From sequence record SRR31156797_1009: a stretch of DNA of 20,000 nucleotides, one strand, 5' to 3'. Both the position numbers and the translations under genes were made by a program. Below are positions 1 through 8,436 of this stretch, in pieces. Every line of letters begins with the position of its first letter. Positions within the stretch are counted from its first letter, which is position 1. The notes beneath the pieces are model-generated. The model was not told the DNA's origin and did not search any database. It saw only the letters and a program-made list of their open reading frames with translations.

Positions 1-313
1 CGCGCTGACTCAACATGATCATCAAAGCAAAACCGTCAAACACGATAACACCCGCCATTATGGCGGTCAGTCGCTTCCATGGCAGATCAAACGCCTGCCG
101 AAAACTGATAAAATTCACAGTGGCGTCTGCCCAGATAAATCCACCCCACAAAAGAGCGGCAACGACACCCCAGCGAACCCACGCCTGACGAGTAAACATA
201 AATCCGGCCAAAATGACAAAAGAAACCATCAGGCCAAACTCACCCTGTCTGAGCGAATGAGCTGCCAGCAAAAGCAAGGCGAGCAAAGGTATGATCCAAA
301 AAAACTTCTTCAC
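1..313 (-). CDS. Hypothetical integral membrane protein, N-terminal part (runs off the left edge; not in the ORF track)
   Basis: Manual translation from GTG at 313 (GGAG Shine-Dalgarno at 326-323) is open to position 1: MKKFFWIIPLLALLLLAAHSLRQGEFGLMVSFVILAGFMFTRQAWVRWGVVAALLWGGFIWADATVNFISFRQAFDLPWKRLTAIMAGVIVFDGFALMIMLSQR..., with about 4 hydrophobic segments. Function cannot be assigned from this fragment. Confidence 0.75.
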   Translation of the reverse strand, partial: MKKFFWIIPLLALLLLAAHSLRQGEFGLMVSFVILAGFMFTRQAWVRWGVVAALLWGGFIWADATVNFISFRQAFDLPWKRLTAIMAGVIVFDGFALMIMLSQR

Positions 314-361
314 TGTTTCGTTCTCCGTGCCCAGACAATGAACATTTTTTTTGACGGGAAC

Positions 362-377
362 CATGACTTAGGTCAAA
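362..377. promoter_or_regulatory. Putative Crp/Fnr-family operator (TGAC-N4-GTCA)
   Basis: CATGACTTAGGTCAAA contains the palindromic TGA-N6-TCA core of Crp/Fnr sites and lies in the divergent intergenic region next to a Crp/Fnr gene. Confidence 0.6.
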
Positions 378-414
378 TTACCGTATCATAAAGAAAAATG
401 GAGCAAATTATTTC

Positions 415-1089
415 ATGGATAAACTTGCAGCAGTCAAAGCCATAGCCTTCTTCGAAGGACTCCCCGAAGAAAAATTCACCAAGCTTGCAGATATTGCCGT
501 TATAAAAAAATTCAAGAAGGGAGAGACCTTGTTCCTTGGCGATGTGCCAGCCCACGGATTCTTTGCGCCTGTCATTGGCAGGGTAAAGATTTTTCGAACA
601 TCCCCGGCTGGCAAGGAACAAATACTTCACATTTTTGGCCCGGGTGAGGCTGTGGGCGAGGTACCGGTTTTTCAAGGTGGCACATTCCCGGCCAATGGTC
701 AGGCTCTGGAAAAACTGGAAACATTGTTTTTCCCACGCAACGATTTTGAACGCATTATCCGAGAGGACCCGGATTTAGCCATGAAAATGATGGCCATGCT
801 CTCTCAACGTCTTCGTATTCTGGTCAACAAAATTGATGACTTGAGCCTCAAGGAAACACCTGCACGTGTTGCATCGTACCTCCTGCTGCTGCGCTCCTCA
901 CAGGAATCAGCCTCCTTCAAGCTTGACCTCCCAAAAGGACAGATCGCACACTATCTCGGCACAATACAAGAAACATTATCCCGCATTTTCAAACGCTTTG
1001 CCGAAGATGAAATCATAAAAGTCAGCGGCAAGGAAATAACTATTCTGGATGAAATTGCTCTTCAGGAAATAGCTGACCAAGGACGATAA
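415..1089 (+). CDS. Crp/Fnr family transcriptional regulator (HcpR/DNR-like, no cysteines)
   Basis: 224 aa with a cNMP-binding beta-roll (GRVKIFRTSPAGKEQILHIFGPGEAVGE) and a C-terminal HTH carrying the E-x-x-S-R recognition helix (IAHYLGTIQETLSRIFK). GGAG upstream. Confidence 0.93.
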   Translation: MDKLAAVKAIAFFEGLPEEKFTKLADIAVIKKFKKGETLFLGDVPAHGFFAPVIGRVKIFRTSPAGKEQILHIFGPGEAVGEVPVFQGGTFPANGQALEKLETLFFPRNDFERIIREDPDLAMKMMAMLSQRLRILVNKIDDLSLKETPARVASYLLLLRSSQESASFKLDLPKGQIAHYLGTIQETLSRIFKRFAEDEIIKVSGKEITILDEIALQEIADQGR

Positions 1090-1114
1090 AACGTCAAATT
1101 GAAACTCCAACCGC

Positions 1115-1151
1115 AAAAAGCCCGCTGTACAAGTGTACAGCGGGCTACTTT
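1115..1151. terminator. Rho-independent terminator between convergent crp/fnr and rpsT (probably bidirectional)
   Basis: Perfect 13-bp inverted repeat AGCCCGCTGTACA (1119-1131) / TGTACAGCGGGCT (1134-1146). A-run on the left gives a U-tail for the minus strand; ACTTT follows on the right. Confidence 0.85.
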
Positions 1152-1170
1152 CATAGCAACTAAAAAAAGA

Positions 1171-1437
1171 CTATTCTGCGATCTTGTTGATTGCCACCTG
1201 AAGGCGGGCAATACGGCGCTGAGCCTGACGCTGATGAATAATCTTTTTACGGGCGGCTCTGTCCAAAATGGACGTAGCGTCCTTCAGGGCCTCCAGTGCC
1301 TTTGCAACATCCTTCTCCTCAATGGCCACGCGAACAGCCTTGACGGTGTTCTTGATACGGGTCTTGGAAATGCGGTTGCGGGCGCGACGCTTCAAGCTCT
1401 GACGGTGCCTCTTCAAGGCGGACTTGTGATTAGCCAA
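1171..1437 (-). CDS. rpsT: 30S ribosomal protein S20
   Basis: MANHKSALKRHRQSLKRRARNR...ARKKIIHQRQAQRRIARL is a typical S20 sequence. TTG start with AGGAG SD at 1450-1446. Confidence 0.97.
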   Translation of the reverse strand: MANHKSALKRHRQSLKRRARNRISKTRIKNTVKAVRVAIEEKDVAKALEALKDATSILDRAARKKIIHQRQAQRRIARLQVAINKIAE

Positions 1438-1510
1438 GGTAATTTCTCCTGATCAATTTATTATCGTAGTAAAATGCTATTGCTTGTTATTATCCCCAAA
1501 GGGAGAGCCT

Positions 1511-1538
1511 TTTATATGGACTCTTCCTCTGATGTCAA
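1511..1538 (-). promoter_or_regulatory. Putative sigma70 promoter of rpsT
   Basis: Minus strand TTGACA (1538-1533), 16-nt spacer, TATAAA (1516-1511). Confidence 0.6.
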
Positions 1539-1556
1539 GTGTTTTCTAAATAGAAA

Positions 1557-3665
1557 CTAGACTTGCAATGCGTTAAAATCAGCCAAACGACTCAAGCGGT
1601 CAACCAGTGCTTTCAACAGATTCAACCGATTCAACCGGATATCCGCATCATCACACATAACCATAACGTTGTCGAAGAAACCATCCACAGAAGGACGTAA
1701 CTCTCCGAGAAGTCCGAACAACCCACCGAACTCACCGCTTTCCCACAGATCGTCGAAGCGAGGTGCGATCTCTTCCAGCTTGCTGCCGAAAGCCTGCTCA
1801 TGCTCACCTTCAAACAAATCCGCATCATAGGAACCAGTCAGGGTCTGCCCTGCTTCATCCCCCTGCTTACGAATAATATTTGAAGCACGTTTAAATGTGA
1901 GTACAGCCTGCTCGAAATCAGCTTCTTTACTAAACTCGCTCAACGCCTTCAGACGGGCCTTCAATGTACGGATGTCATTAAATCCGGCCCCCAAAGCGGC
2001 ATCAACCACACGGGTTTCAAAACCGTGTCCGATAAACAAGGCGCGGAGACGCTGTCCAAAGAAATCCTTGAGCTTAACAAAAGCTTCCGGTTGCTCAACC
2101 TTCCATTTAACATCAGCATAGGCCCCCTGAGCTTCGCGGAGAAGCACATCAAGGTCCACATCAAGCTCATGCTCCATAATGATGCGGGAAATGCCGAGAG
2201 CGCAACGTCTGAGGGCGTAGGGGTCATTGGCGCCAGTAGGCACCTTGCCCAAACCGAAACAACCGGCCATGGTATCCACTTTATCCGCCATGGACACAAG
2301 TGCCCCCGCCAAACTGGACGGCACCGGAGTATCCGGGCCAGCCGGGAGATATTGCTCATAGATTCCCTGGGACACGATATCGCCCTTTCCGGCACGTTCA
2401 GCGTATATGCCACCCATCTTACCTTGCAAGCTGTCGAACTCGATGACCATTTCCGACACGAGGTCGGCCTTGGCCAAACGCCCGGCCATGGCATACTTTT
2501 CAATTTCACCCGGCACTATGGACTTGGATTCGCCAAGAACTTCAGCCAGCTTGCCACACAGGGTTTCGATACGACGGGACTTGTCGCCTACGGAACCAAG
2601 AGGACCGAGAAAAACAACGTTTTCCAACTTGTCCAACCATGTTTCGAATTCAACCTTGCAGTCGGCTTCCCAGAAGAAACGCGCGTCTTCCAGGCGAGCC
2701 TTGAGCACACGCTCCCATCCTTTCTTGACCAAAGCCACATCCAGCGGCTCAATGTTCAAAGTCGTCAGGAAATGCGGCATCAATTTGCCATCCGGTCCTT
2801 GCACTCCAAAACTTTTCTGGTGTGACTGCATGGACGTCAACAATACCTCGCGCGGCAATTCAAGATACAAGGCGTCAATGTCACCAATAAGCGGCTTGGG
2901 ATATTCAACGAGATTGGCAACTTCTTCAAGCAATCCGTCGTGCCAAACGATCTCTCCGCCAAGTTCCTTGGCCAAACGATCGCCCTCTGCAATGATGGTC
3001 TTCTTCCGTTCTTCCGGGTCGATGACAACCTTGCAATCATTCTTGATGACAGAAAAATAATCGGCAGTAGAATTGACCACATGAGGACCAGGTCCCATAA
3101 CACGATGTCCACGGGTTTCGCGCCCAGTGGTCAAATTTTCCACGGTGAATTCAACGACTTGATCATCCAGCAGGGCCAAAAGCCACCGCAAGGGACGACC
3201 AAAGGTAAAATCATAATCGCCCCAGTGCATTTTCTTCGGAAAAGAAAGGGATTCAATCCCCTTAATACAAATCTCAGGCAAAATATCGGCGGTATTGCCA
3301 CCACCGACAGTTTTCTTGGCGGCCAAATATTCACCCTTGCCGGTTTCCATCTTGAACAAGGCATCCTCAGACACGCCCTGGGTTTTGGCAAACCCCTGTC
3401 CGGCTTTGGTCAGATTACCGTCTGCATCATAAGCGATACGCGTCGGCGGCCCTGTCACAGTTTCCTCTTCCTGATGTTGTTTCAGGGCAATGGATGCGAC
3501 ATGTGCGGTGATACGGCGCGGAGTGGCGTAACATTTCACGCCCCCATTCTCGACCATAGCCTCATCAAGAGACTTGGCAAAGACGCCTTCCAATTCGGCA
3601 GCCAGCTTGGGTACGAAACGGGCTGGCATTTCCTCTGTTCCGATTTCCAGAATGAATTCGGCCAT
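1557..3665 (-). CDS. glyS: Glycine--tRNA ligase beta subunit
   Basis: 702 aa. N-terminal FILEIGTEEMP, ATPRR, TRGHR, EFDSLQGKMG, PTGANDPYALRR; C-terminal FFDNVMVM...NRLNLL. Adjacent to glyQ. Confidence 0.97.
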   Translation of the reverse strand: MAEFILEIGTEEMPARFVPKLAAELEGVFAKSLDEAMVENGGVKCYATPRRITAHVASIALKQHQEEETVTGPPTRIAYDADGNLTKAGQGFAKTQGVSEDALFKMETGKGEYLAAKKTVGGGNTADILPEICIKGIESLSFPKKMHWGDYDFTFGRPLRWLLALLDDQVVEFTVENLTTGRETRGHRVMGPGPHVVNSTADYFSVIKNDCKVVIDPEERKKTIIAEGDRLAKELGGEIVWHDGLLEEVANLVEYPKPLIGDIDALYLELPREVLLTSMQSHQKSFGVQGPDGKLMPHFLTTLNIEPLDVALVKKGWERVLKARLEDARFFWEADCKVEFETWLDKLENVVFLGPLGSVGDKSRRIETLCGKLAEVLGESKSIVPGEIEKYAMAGRLAKADLVSEMVIEFDSLQGKMGGIYAERAGKGDIVSQGIYEQYLPAGPDTPVPSSLAGALVSMADKVDTMAGCFGLGKVPTGANDPYALRRCALGISRIIMEHELDVDLDVLLREAQGAYADVKWKVEQPEAFVKLKDFFGQRLRALFIGHGFETRVVDAALGAGFNDIRTLKARLKALSEFSKEADFEQAVLTFKRASNIIRKQGDEAGQTLTGSYDADLFEGEHEQAFGSKLEEIAPRFDDLWESGEFGGLFGLLGELRPSVDGFFDNVMVMCDDADIRLNRLNLLKALVDRLSRLADFNALQV

Positions 3666-3707
3666 TGTACTTCTCTTTATTCTCTATATTCGTGTCTGTT
3701 GCGTCGA

Positions 3708-4577
3708 CTACTTATTAAGCATGGGATAGCCCATTTCTTCCCGTTGGTCCGCATAAAGCCTGGCAATTTTTGAAGCCAAATTACGTACGCGACCAATATA
3801 AGAGGCACGTTCCGTAATGGAAATCGCACTTCGGGCATCCAGCATATTGAACGAGTGAGAGCACTTAAGACAGCAGTCATACGCAGGCCAAGGCAGTCCT
3901 TCTTCACAAAGCATGAGACATTCGGCCTCAAATTTGTTGAAAAGATCGAACAACATGTCCGTATTCGCCAACTCAAAATTGTACTTGGACATCTCGACTT
4001 CATTCTGATGGAAAATATGTCCGTATTTAATCTCATTATTCCACATGAGATCGTACACAGACTCCTTCTCCTGCAAATACATGGAAAGACGCTCAAGGCC
4101 GTATGTAATTTCCACTGATACGGGTTTGAGATCAATACCACCGACCTGTTGAAAATAGGTAAACTGCGTCACTTCCATGCCGTTGAGCCAAACTTCCCAC
4201 CCAAGGCCCCATGCGCCGAGAGTCGGTGACTCCCAATCATCTTCGACAAAACGAATGTCATGGGCCGCAGCCTCAATTCCGATGGCTGCAAGACTTTCCA
4301 GATACAACTCCTGAATATTGTCAGGAGACGGTTTCAGGACGACCTGGAACTGATAATAGTGCTGCAACCGATTGGGATTTTCACCATACCGACCGTCGGT
4401 GGGACGGCGTGAAGGTTCAACATATGCGGTTTTCCACGGCTCTGGGCCGATGACACGGAAAAATGTGGAGGGGTTGAACGTCCCTGCCCCACATTCAATG
4501 TCCATAGGCTGAACAACGGCACAGCCATAGTCTGCCCAAAAATTCTGCAATTTCAGTATAACATCCTGAAAATTCAT
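3708..4577 (-). CDS. glyQ: Glycine--tRNA ligase alpha subunit
   Basis: 289 aa with [49 protein letters not shown] and EITYGLERL. Confidence 0.98.
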   Translation of the reverse strand: MNFQDVILKLQNFWADYGCAVVQPMDIECGAGTFNPSTFFRVIGPEPWKTAYVEPSRRPTDGRYGENPNRLQHYYQFQVVLKPSPDNIQELYLESLAAIGIEAAAHDIRFVEDDWESPTLGAWGLGWEVWLNGMEVTQFTYFQQVGGIDLKPVSVEITYGLERLSMYLQEKESVYDLMWNNEIKYGHIFHQNEVEMSKYNFELANTDMLFDLFNKFEAECLMLCEEGLPWPAYDCCLKCSHSFNMLDARSAISITERASYIGRVRNLASKIARLYADQREEMGYPMLNK

Positions 4578-4590
4578 TGCTTACTCCAAC

Positions 4591-5349
4591 TCATACCTTT
4601 TTATATATGCCATTATCCCAGGACAGGCCCAGGTGATACGCAACGAAAAGCTCGATCAATTGACTTGCTTGCCGCCGGACTTCGTTATTCATGGATACAG
4701 TCAGCCAATCAGAAGGGCGACTATGTTGAATCCAATCAAGAGCACGAAGTACCCCGGTGGAAACTGGCCGAGCAAGTCCCTCTATCGGTTTCCCGCCTGA
4801 AAGACAAGTCCGGCAGGCCACTTGTCCCCCTTCAATCCCGAAATGACAACCATCCAGAGAAACAACAGATTGGCCACATATTCCACAGGAAAGAAAATCC
4901 GGGTGAAAGCCCATTTCAAAGGCTAATTTCGCACGAAACAACCACGGAGTGAAATCGCTGCTTCCACCACCCTTTTCCAGCATATGAAGCGTTTCCAGCA
5001 AAAGCTCATACACAGGACGTGCATCAGACGGATCGATTTCCACGGCTTCAATAAATTTGATACAATTAACGGCAAGGCCGGTTCTGGCAGGATCTTCGCG
5101 AATTGCAGGAAAATTATGAAGCAGAGAACCTTCTTCAAGAACCGTATACGTCCCGGTCTTGTTGGTTCCAATCGTAAATAAAACAAGACTTAAGGGATCA
5201 AGACACCCAACAAATCGACGACGACTGCGGGACCCGCCAAAAGCAAAAGCATTAAAAACACCACGTCCGGGCGTAAGAAGCTTGACCCAACAATCCGCTT
5301 CCCGAAAACGCCCCACTTTGAGTACTAGAGCTTTTTCAGTGGAGCTCAT
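4591..5349 (-). CDS. recO: DNA repair protein RecO
   Basis: 252 aa. N-terminal OB-fold pattern (ALVLKVGRFREADCWVKLLT...GGSRSRRRF) and Zn-finger CGIC...CRTC. The recO-glyQS order is common. Confidence 0.9.
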   Translation of the reverse strand: MSSTEKALVLKVGRFREADCWVKLLTPGRGVFNAFAFGGSRSRRRFVGCLDPLSLVLFTIGTNKTGTYTVLEEGSLLHNFPAIREDPARTGLAVNCIKFIEAVEIDPSDARPVYELLLETLHMLEKGGGSSDFTPWLFRAKLAFEMGFHPDFLSCGICGQSVVSLDGCHFGIEGGQVACRTCLSGGKPIEGLARPVSTGVLRALDWIQHSRPSDWLTVSMNNEVRRQASQLIELFVAYHLGLSWDNGIYKKV

Positions 5350-5370
5350 GCGATCACCTTTGAAAAAAAG

Positions 5371-6339
5371 TTATTCCATGCCGACGAACAATGTCTGAAT
5401 ATTGCTCTTATTTTTATCAAGGACATATGGCTTACCATTATACGTCACAGTCACGCCTGCCACATTACCAATACGAATTCTCCGAGGAGAATTAAACATT
5501 AACCGAAGAGGTTCACCTTTCTTCAAAACAAAATCTCGAGCCATTTTCGATTCATCCCCCTTCCAAACCCCAATCCAACACCCCTTAGCCGATGTTGCGG
5601 TGATGATCATTACATGGGCATATCGAGTTTGTCCTGGAGCCGCCTCCTGTGTCTCGACGACTTCTTTTTCCCCAGCACCGGGCTGAGGAATTACCGGCTG
5701 AGCCGCGATAGGCTTTTCTGGTTCTGGCTGAGGAGTTACAGGCGCAGATTCAGGTTTAACCTCTTCAGGCACTTCAACCGGAGAGCCTGCTTCATCCATA
5801 ACGGCTTCGGTTTCAGCTGATTCAACAGTTTCAACAGCCTCTTCCGTCAACTCAATAGCAACTGGAGCTTGCGGGACTTCAACGGCCTCGGAAGTTTCAC
5901 TTGTCTGAACGGAAGTCGAATTTTCATCGCTTTTATTCAAATACATGACGAGAGCAATAATGGAACAGCTCAACACCACAACAAGAAGAATGGACGGCCA
6001 TACAGAGCGCTTCTTGACAGCCGGAGCATCACCTTCCTGAAATGCCTTCTCCGCTGAAGGAGAAACCTCATAATCAACTTCATCAGCATTCTGCTCATCA
6101 AGTTGATACTCCGTGTCCACCACCATGGATAATTCATCAGCGTCCAAGCCAAGCAAACGAGCGTAACTTTTAACAAAACCTTTTGTATAAACAGGATGAG
6201 GCATGGAAGAACTGTCGCCACTCTCAAGGGCAATCAAATTAATCCGGCTGATTTTGGTGGCCTCCATGACCGCCTCTATAGTCATACCCTTGGCTTCGCG
6301 CCCTTCTTGCAGCGCTTGTCCGAGTTCCTGAAAATTCAT
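5371..6339 (-). CDS. rodZ: RodZ-like protein (HTH + transmembrane helix + DUF4115-type periplasmic domain)
   Basis: N-terminal HTH (LGQALQEGREAKGMTIE...YTKGFVKSYARLLGLD), a single TM (WPSILLVVVLSCSIIALVMYL), a Pro/Glu-rich linker and a C-terminal IRIGNVAGVTVTYNGK motif. Start overlaps the upstream stop (ATGA, 6339-6336). Confidence 0.82.
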   Translation of the reverse strand: MNFQELGQALQEGREAKGMTIEAVMEATKISRINLIALESGDSSSMPHPVYTKGFVKSYARLLGLDADELSMVVDTEYQLDEQNADEVDYEVSPSAEKAFQEGDAPAVKKRSVWPSILLVVVLSCSIIALVMYLNKSDENSTSVQTSETSEAVEVPQAPVAIELTEEAVETVESAETEAVMDEAGSPVEVPEEVKPESAPVTPQPEPEKPIAAQPVIPQPGAGEKEVVETQEAAPGQTRYAHVMIITATSAKGCWIGVWKGDESKMARDFVLKKGEPLRLMFNSPRRIRIGNVAGVTVTYNGKPYVLDKNKSNIQTLFVGME

Positions 6340-7307
6340 TGAGCTACTCCATTATCGGGCTTGGTGGAATCATCCATATAGACGATGACCGAGCTTTGTT
6401 TCAACTTATCGAAATACTCAGTAAAAATAGTATCCCGTTTTTTCTGCATCAGTTCCTGATAAATCCCGTCACGCACTTCTTCAAGTGGAACAAGACGATC
6501 TTCCGAAATATTCACAGGTGAAAGAAGTGCTTCCTTTCCCTGAATTGTCAAAGGCTCACTCACCTCACCCGGCTTGAGACCTTTCAGTGCATTTTTCCAA
6601 TCTTCAGCCAAATCCGCATATCCGAGTTCACCGATAGAACCACCAGACTCCTTGCCCGGACCGACACTGTATTTTGCAACAGCCTCAGCAAAGGTAAACT
6701 CGCCGTCATTAATCCGTTCCTTCACTTCAACAGCGGATATATCAGAAGGCAGCAGGAGAATGGCCAATTCAACCATCTTGTCCAGCGTGTAGTCATCCTT
6801 TCTGGCTGTATATTCCTCTTGAATTTCCGTGTCAGTAACCAACACTTTTTTATTGACCATATAGCCAATAAGCTCTTGCTTTTCGAGTAATTTTTTCAGC
6901 TTAACTCGAAAATCATCAACGGTTAATCCGTCTTTAGCAACCAAGGCTTCAAAACCGGCATCATCCAGTTTCTGAGCTTCCATGACACGTTTGATTTCCT
7001 TATCAATATCCTCGTCGGTAACATTGATGCCGTATCGAGCAACTTCCTGATCCACAAGCACTTGATTAACCAAATTATTCAAAGCCTGTTTGCGAATCCT
7101 GCCAAGCTGCTGCTGTTCTGCGGCACTCAACTGTCGTCCCTTGAGCTTATCCAAAATCGGACTCATTTCCTCATCAAGGTCGTATTCTGTAATGATATTA
7201 TCATTAATTTTCACCAAGATGCGGTTAATAACCGTCTCCGCAGCCCACACTTGGACCGGGGATATCATAAGCATGGCTCCAATGAGCAACGAGAAAAATT
7301 TAACCAC
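6336..7307 (-). CDS. SurA-family periplasmic chaperone / PpiC-type peptidyl-prolyl isomerase
   Basis: Start reassigned to GTG at 7307 (AAGGAG SD 7 nt upstream). Signal peptide ends VWA-AE; SurA N-domain INRILVKINDNIITEYDL; parvulin-like FAEAVAKYS...GGSIG...LKPGEVSEP. Confidence 0.85.
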   Translation of the reverse strand: MVKFFSLLIGAMLMISPVQVWAAETVINRILVKINDNIITEYDLDEEMSPILDKLKGRQLSAAEQQQLGRIRKQALNNLVNQVLVDQEVARYGINVTDEDIDKEIKRVMEAQKLDDAGFEALVAKDGLTVDDFRVKLKKLLEKQELIGYMVNKKVLVTDTEIQEEYTARKDDYTLDKMVELAILLLPSDISAVEVKERINDGEFTFAEAVAKYSVGPGKESGGSIGELGYADLAEDWKNALKGLKPGEVSEPLTIQGKEALLSPVNISEDRLVPLEEVRDGIYQELMQKKRDTIFTEYFDKLKQSSVIVYMDDSTKPDNGVAQ

Positions 7308-7387
7308 GCATTTACTCCTTAAAAAAGTGAAACGGACTGTGCGTCCCACCGATATTTTGACGAATGCTAGTCACTTTGGACAGACTA

Positions 7388-7403
7388 TGCAACGAATGAG
7401 CCA
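7388..7403 (-). promoter_or_regulatory. Putative sigma54 (-24/-12) promoter
   Basis: Minus strand TGGCTCATTCGTTGCA has GG-N10-GC spacing and resembles TGGCACG-N4-TTGCW. It lies in the 101-bp gap upstream of the surA-like gene. Confidence 0.45.
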
Positions 7404-7408
7404 CCAAT

Positions 7409-8428
7409 TTAATTTTCCGGGATGCTCTCTGTTGACACATCACTGCCTGATTCTTCCATATTTTCCTGAATTGCCGACATATCAGGCTCAACAGCTTCTG
7501 CCTCGACATTCTCCATTGCTTCAGCCAAAAGATGCTCACTCACGGTTATAGTAGCCGCCGCAAGATTCTCTGAAAGCCATGCATCAAAAGCGTCATGTAA
7601 TTTTCTTTCAAGCAAAGCCTCTTCGACAAGAGGATACGCTTGCGCAGGGGCCAATACCTTGGCTTCACTTCGCTCCATAAGAACCAAGGCTTCAAAGCCG
7701 AGTCGATCCGTCAGGACATCGCTTGACTGGCCGGTTTTCAACCCTTCCAAGGCACTTCGCCACGCTGCAGACAGTCGCCCTTCACGTACGACAACCTCAC
7801 GGGTTTCCACCTCACCAAAGGCCGTGGCCAGATCCATTTGATTCTGATCCTGACTGAATTTTTCGACTGCCCTGACCACCAGTTCTCGACTGGGGCCGCG
7901 CACAACGAGTATACGCATGCTTTCCGGCAGATAAAAATCGGAAATATGCTCACGATAATAGGCTTCGGCCTCTTTATAATCAATTTTAATCTGTGCTCTA
8001 AGCACCTGTTGGAAAAGCTTCTTTTGCGCAAGATAATATTTCAACTGCCGACGCCAAGATTTCAAATCAATATATTCTTCGACCAACACCTGCTCAAAAG
8101 CACCCTCGGGATAATCTGCCCGAACAACCTCTTCGGCTTTTTGCACTTCTTCATCGGTCACAGCCATATCCCGACGCACCAAGTCCTGAACGACCAATTC
8201 CTGCACAACAAGATCGGCCAGAATATCTCCATACTCATTCCTGAGTTTCTCGACACTGGGGACATAGGTCCCCACAGAATCAGCCTGAAACTGATCATGC
8301 TGGAACTCCAACTGGGTCAAATAAATTGGTGCTTCGTTCACTCTGGCAACAATTCCTATGTCGTCGGAATCGCCTGAGCAACCAGCAAATACTGCAATAA
8401 TCAATATGAAAATAATATTACGCAACAT
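7409..8428 (-). CDS. SurA/PrsA-like lipoprotein chaperone with PpiC-type domain
   Basis: Lipoprotein signal MLRNIIFILIIAVFAG-C, then IVARVNEAPIY, EAEAYYREHISDF and LEGLKTGQSSDV, plus an acidic tail. Confidence 0.8.
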   Translation of the reverse strand: MLRNIIFILIIAVFAGCSGDSDDIGIVARVNEAPIYLTQLEFQHDQFQADSVGTYVPSVEKLRNEYGDILADLVVQELVVQDLVRRDMAVTDEEVQKAEEVVRADYPEGAFEQVLVEEYIDLKSWRRQLKYYLAQKKLFQQVLRAQIKIDYKEAEAYYREHISDFYLPESMRILVVRGPSRELVVRAVEKFSQDQNQMDLATAFGEVETREVVVREGRLSAAWRSALEGLKTGQSSDVLTDRLGFEALVLMERSEAKVLAPAQAYPLVEEALLERKLHDAFDAWLSENLAAATITVSEHLLAEAMENVEAEAVEPDMSAIQENMEESGSDVSTESIPEN

Positions 8429-8436
8429 GTTGACTC

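Noticed and set aside
1171..1437. TTG start codon of rpsT
   Set aside because: A UUG start for rpsT is already known in E. coli, so it is not unusual.
1099..1452. 117-aa plus-strand ORF over rpsT
   Set aside because: It is antisense to rpsT, runs through the terminator hairpin and has no family features.
2025..3773. Long plus-strand ORFs (266, 217 and 277 aa) antisense to glyS
   Set aside because: They lie wholly or almost wholly opposite a clearly conserved gene and show no recognisable motifs. They are typical shadow ORFs arising from codon bias.
5640..5930. Pro/Glu/Ala-rich low-complexity stretch in the rodZ-like gene
   Set aside because: This is the normal flexible periplasmic linker of RodZ proteins, and I see no true tandem DNA repeat.
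7300..7311. Mini-ORF ATG-CGT-GGT-TAA overlapping the GTG start of the surA-like gene
   Set aside because: The ATG is only 3 nt from the SD, which is suboptimal. It is probably chance, with no evidence of a regulatory role.
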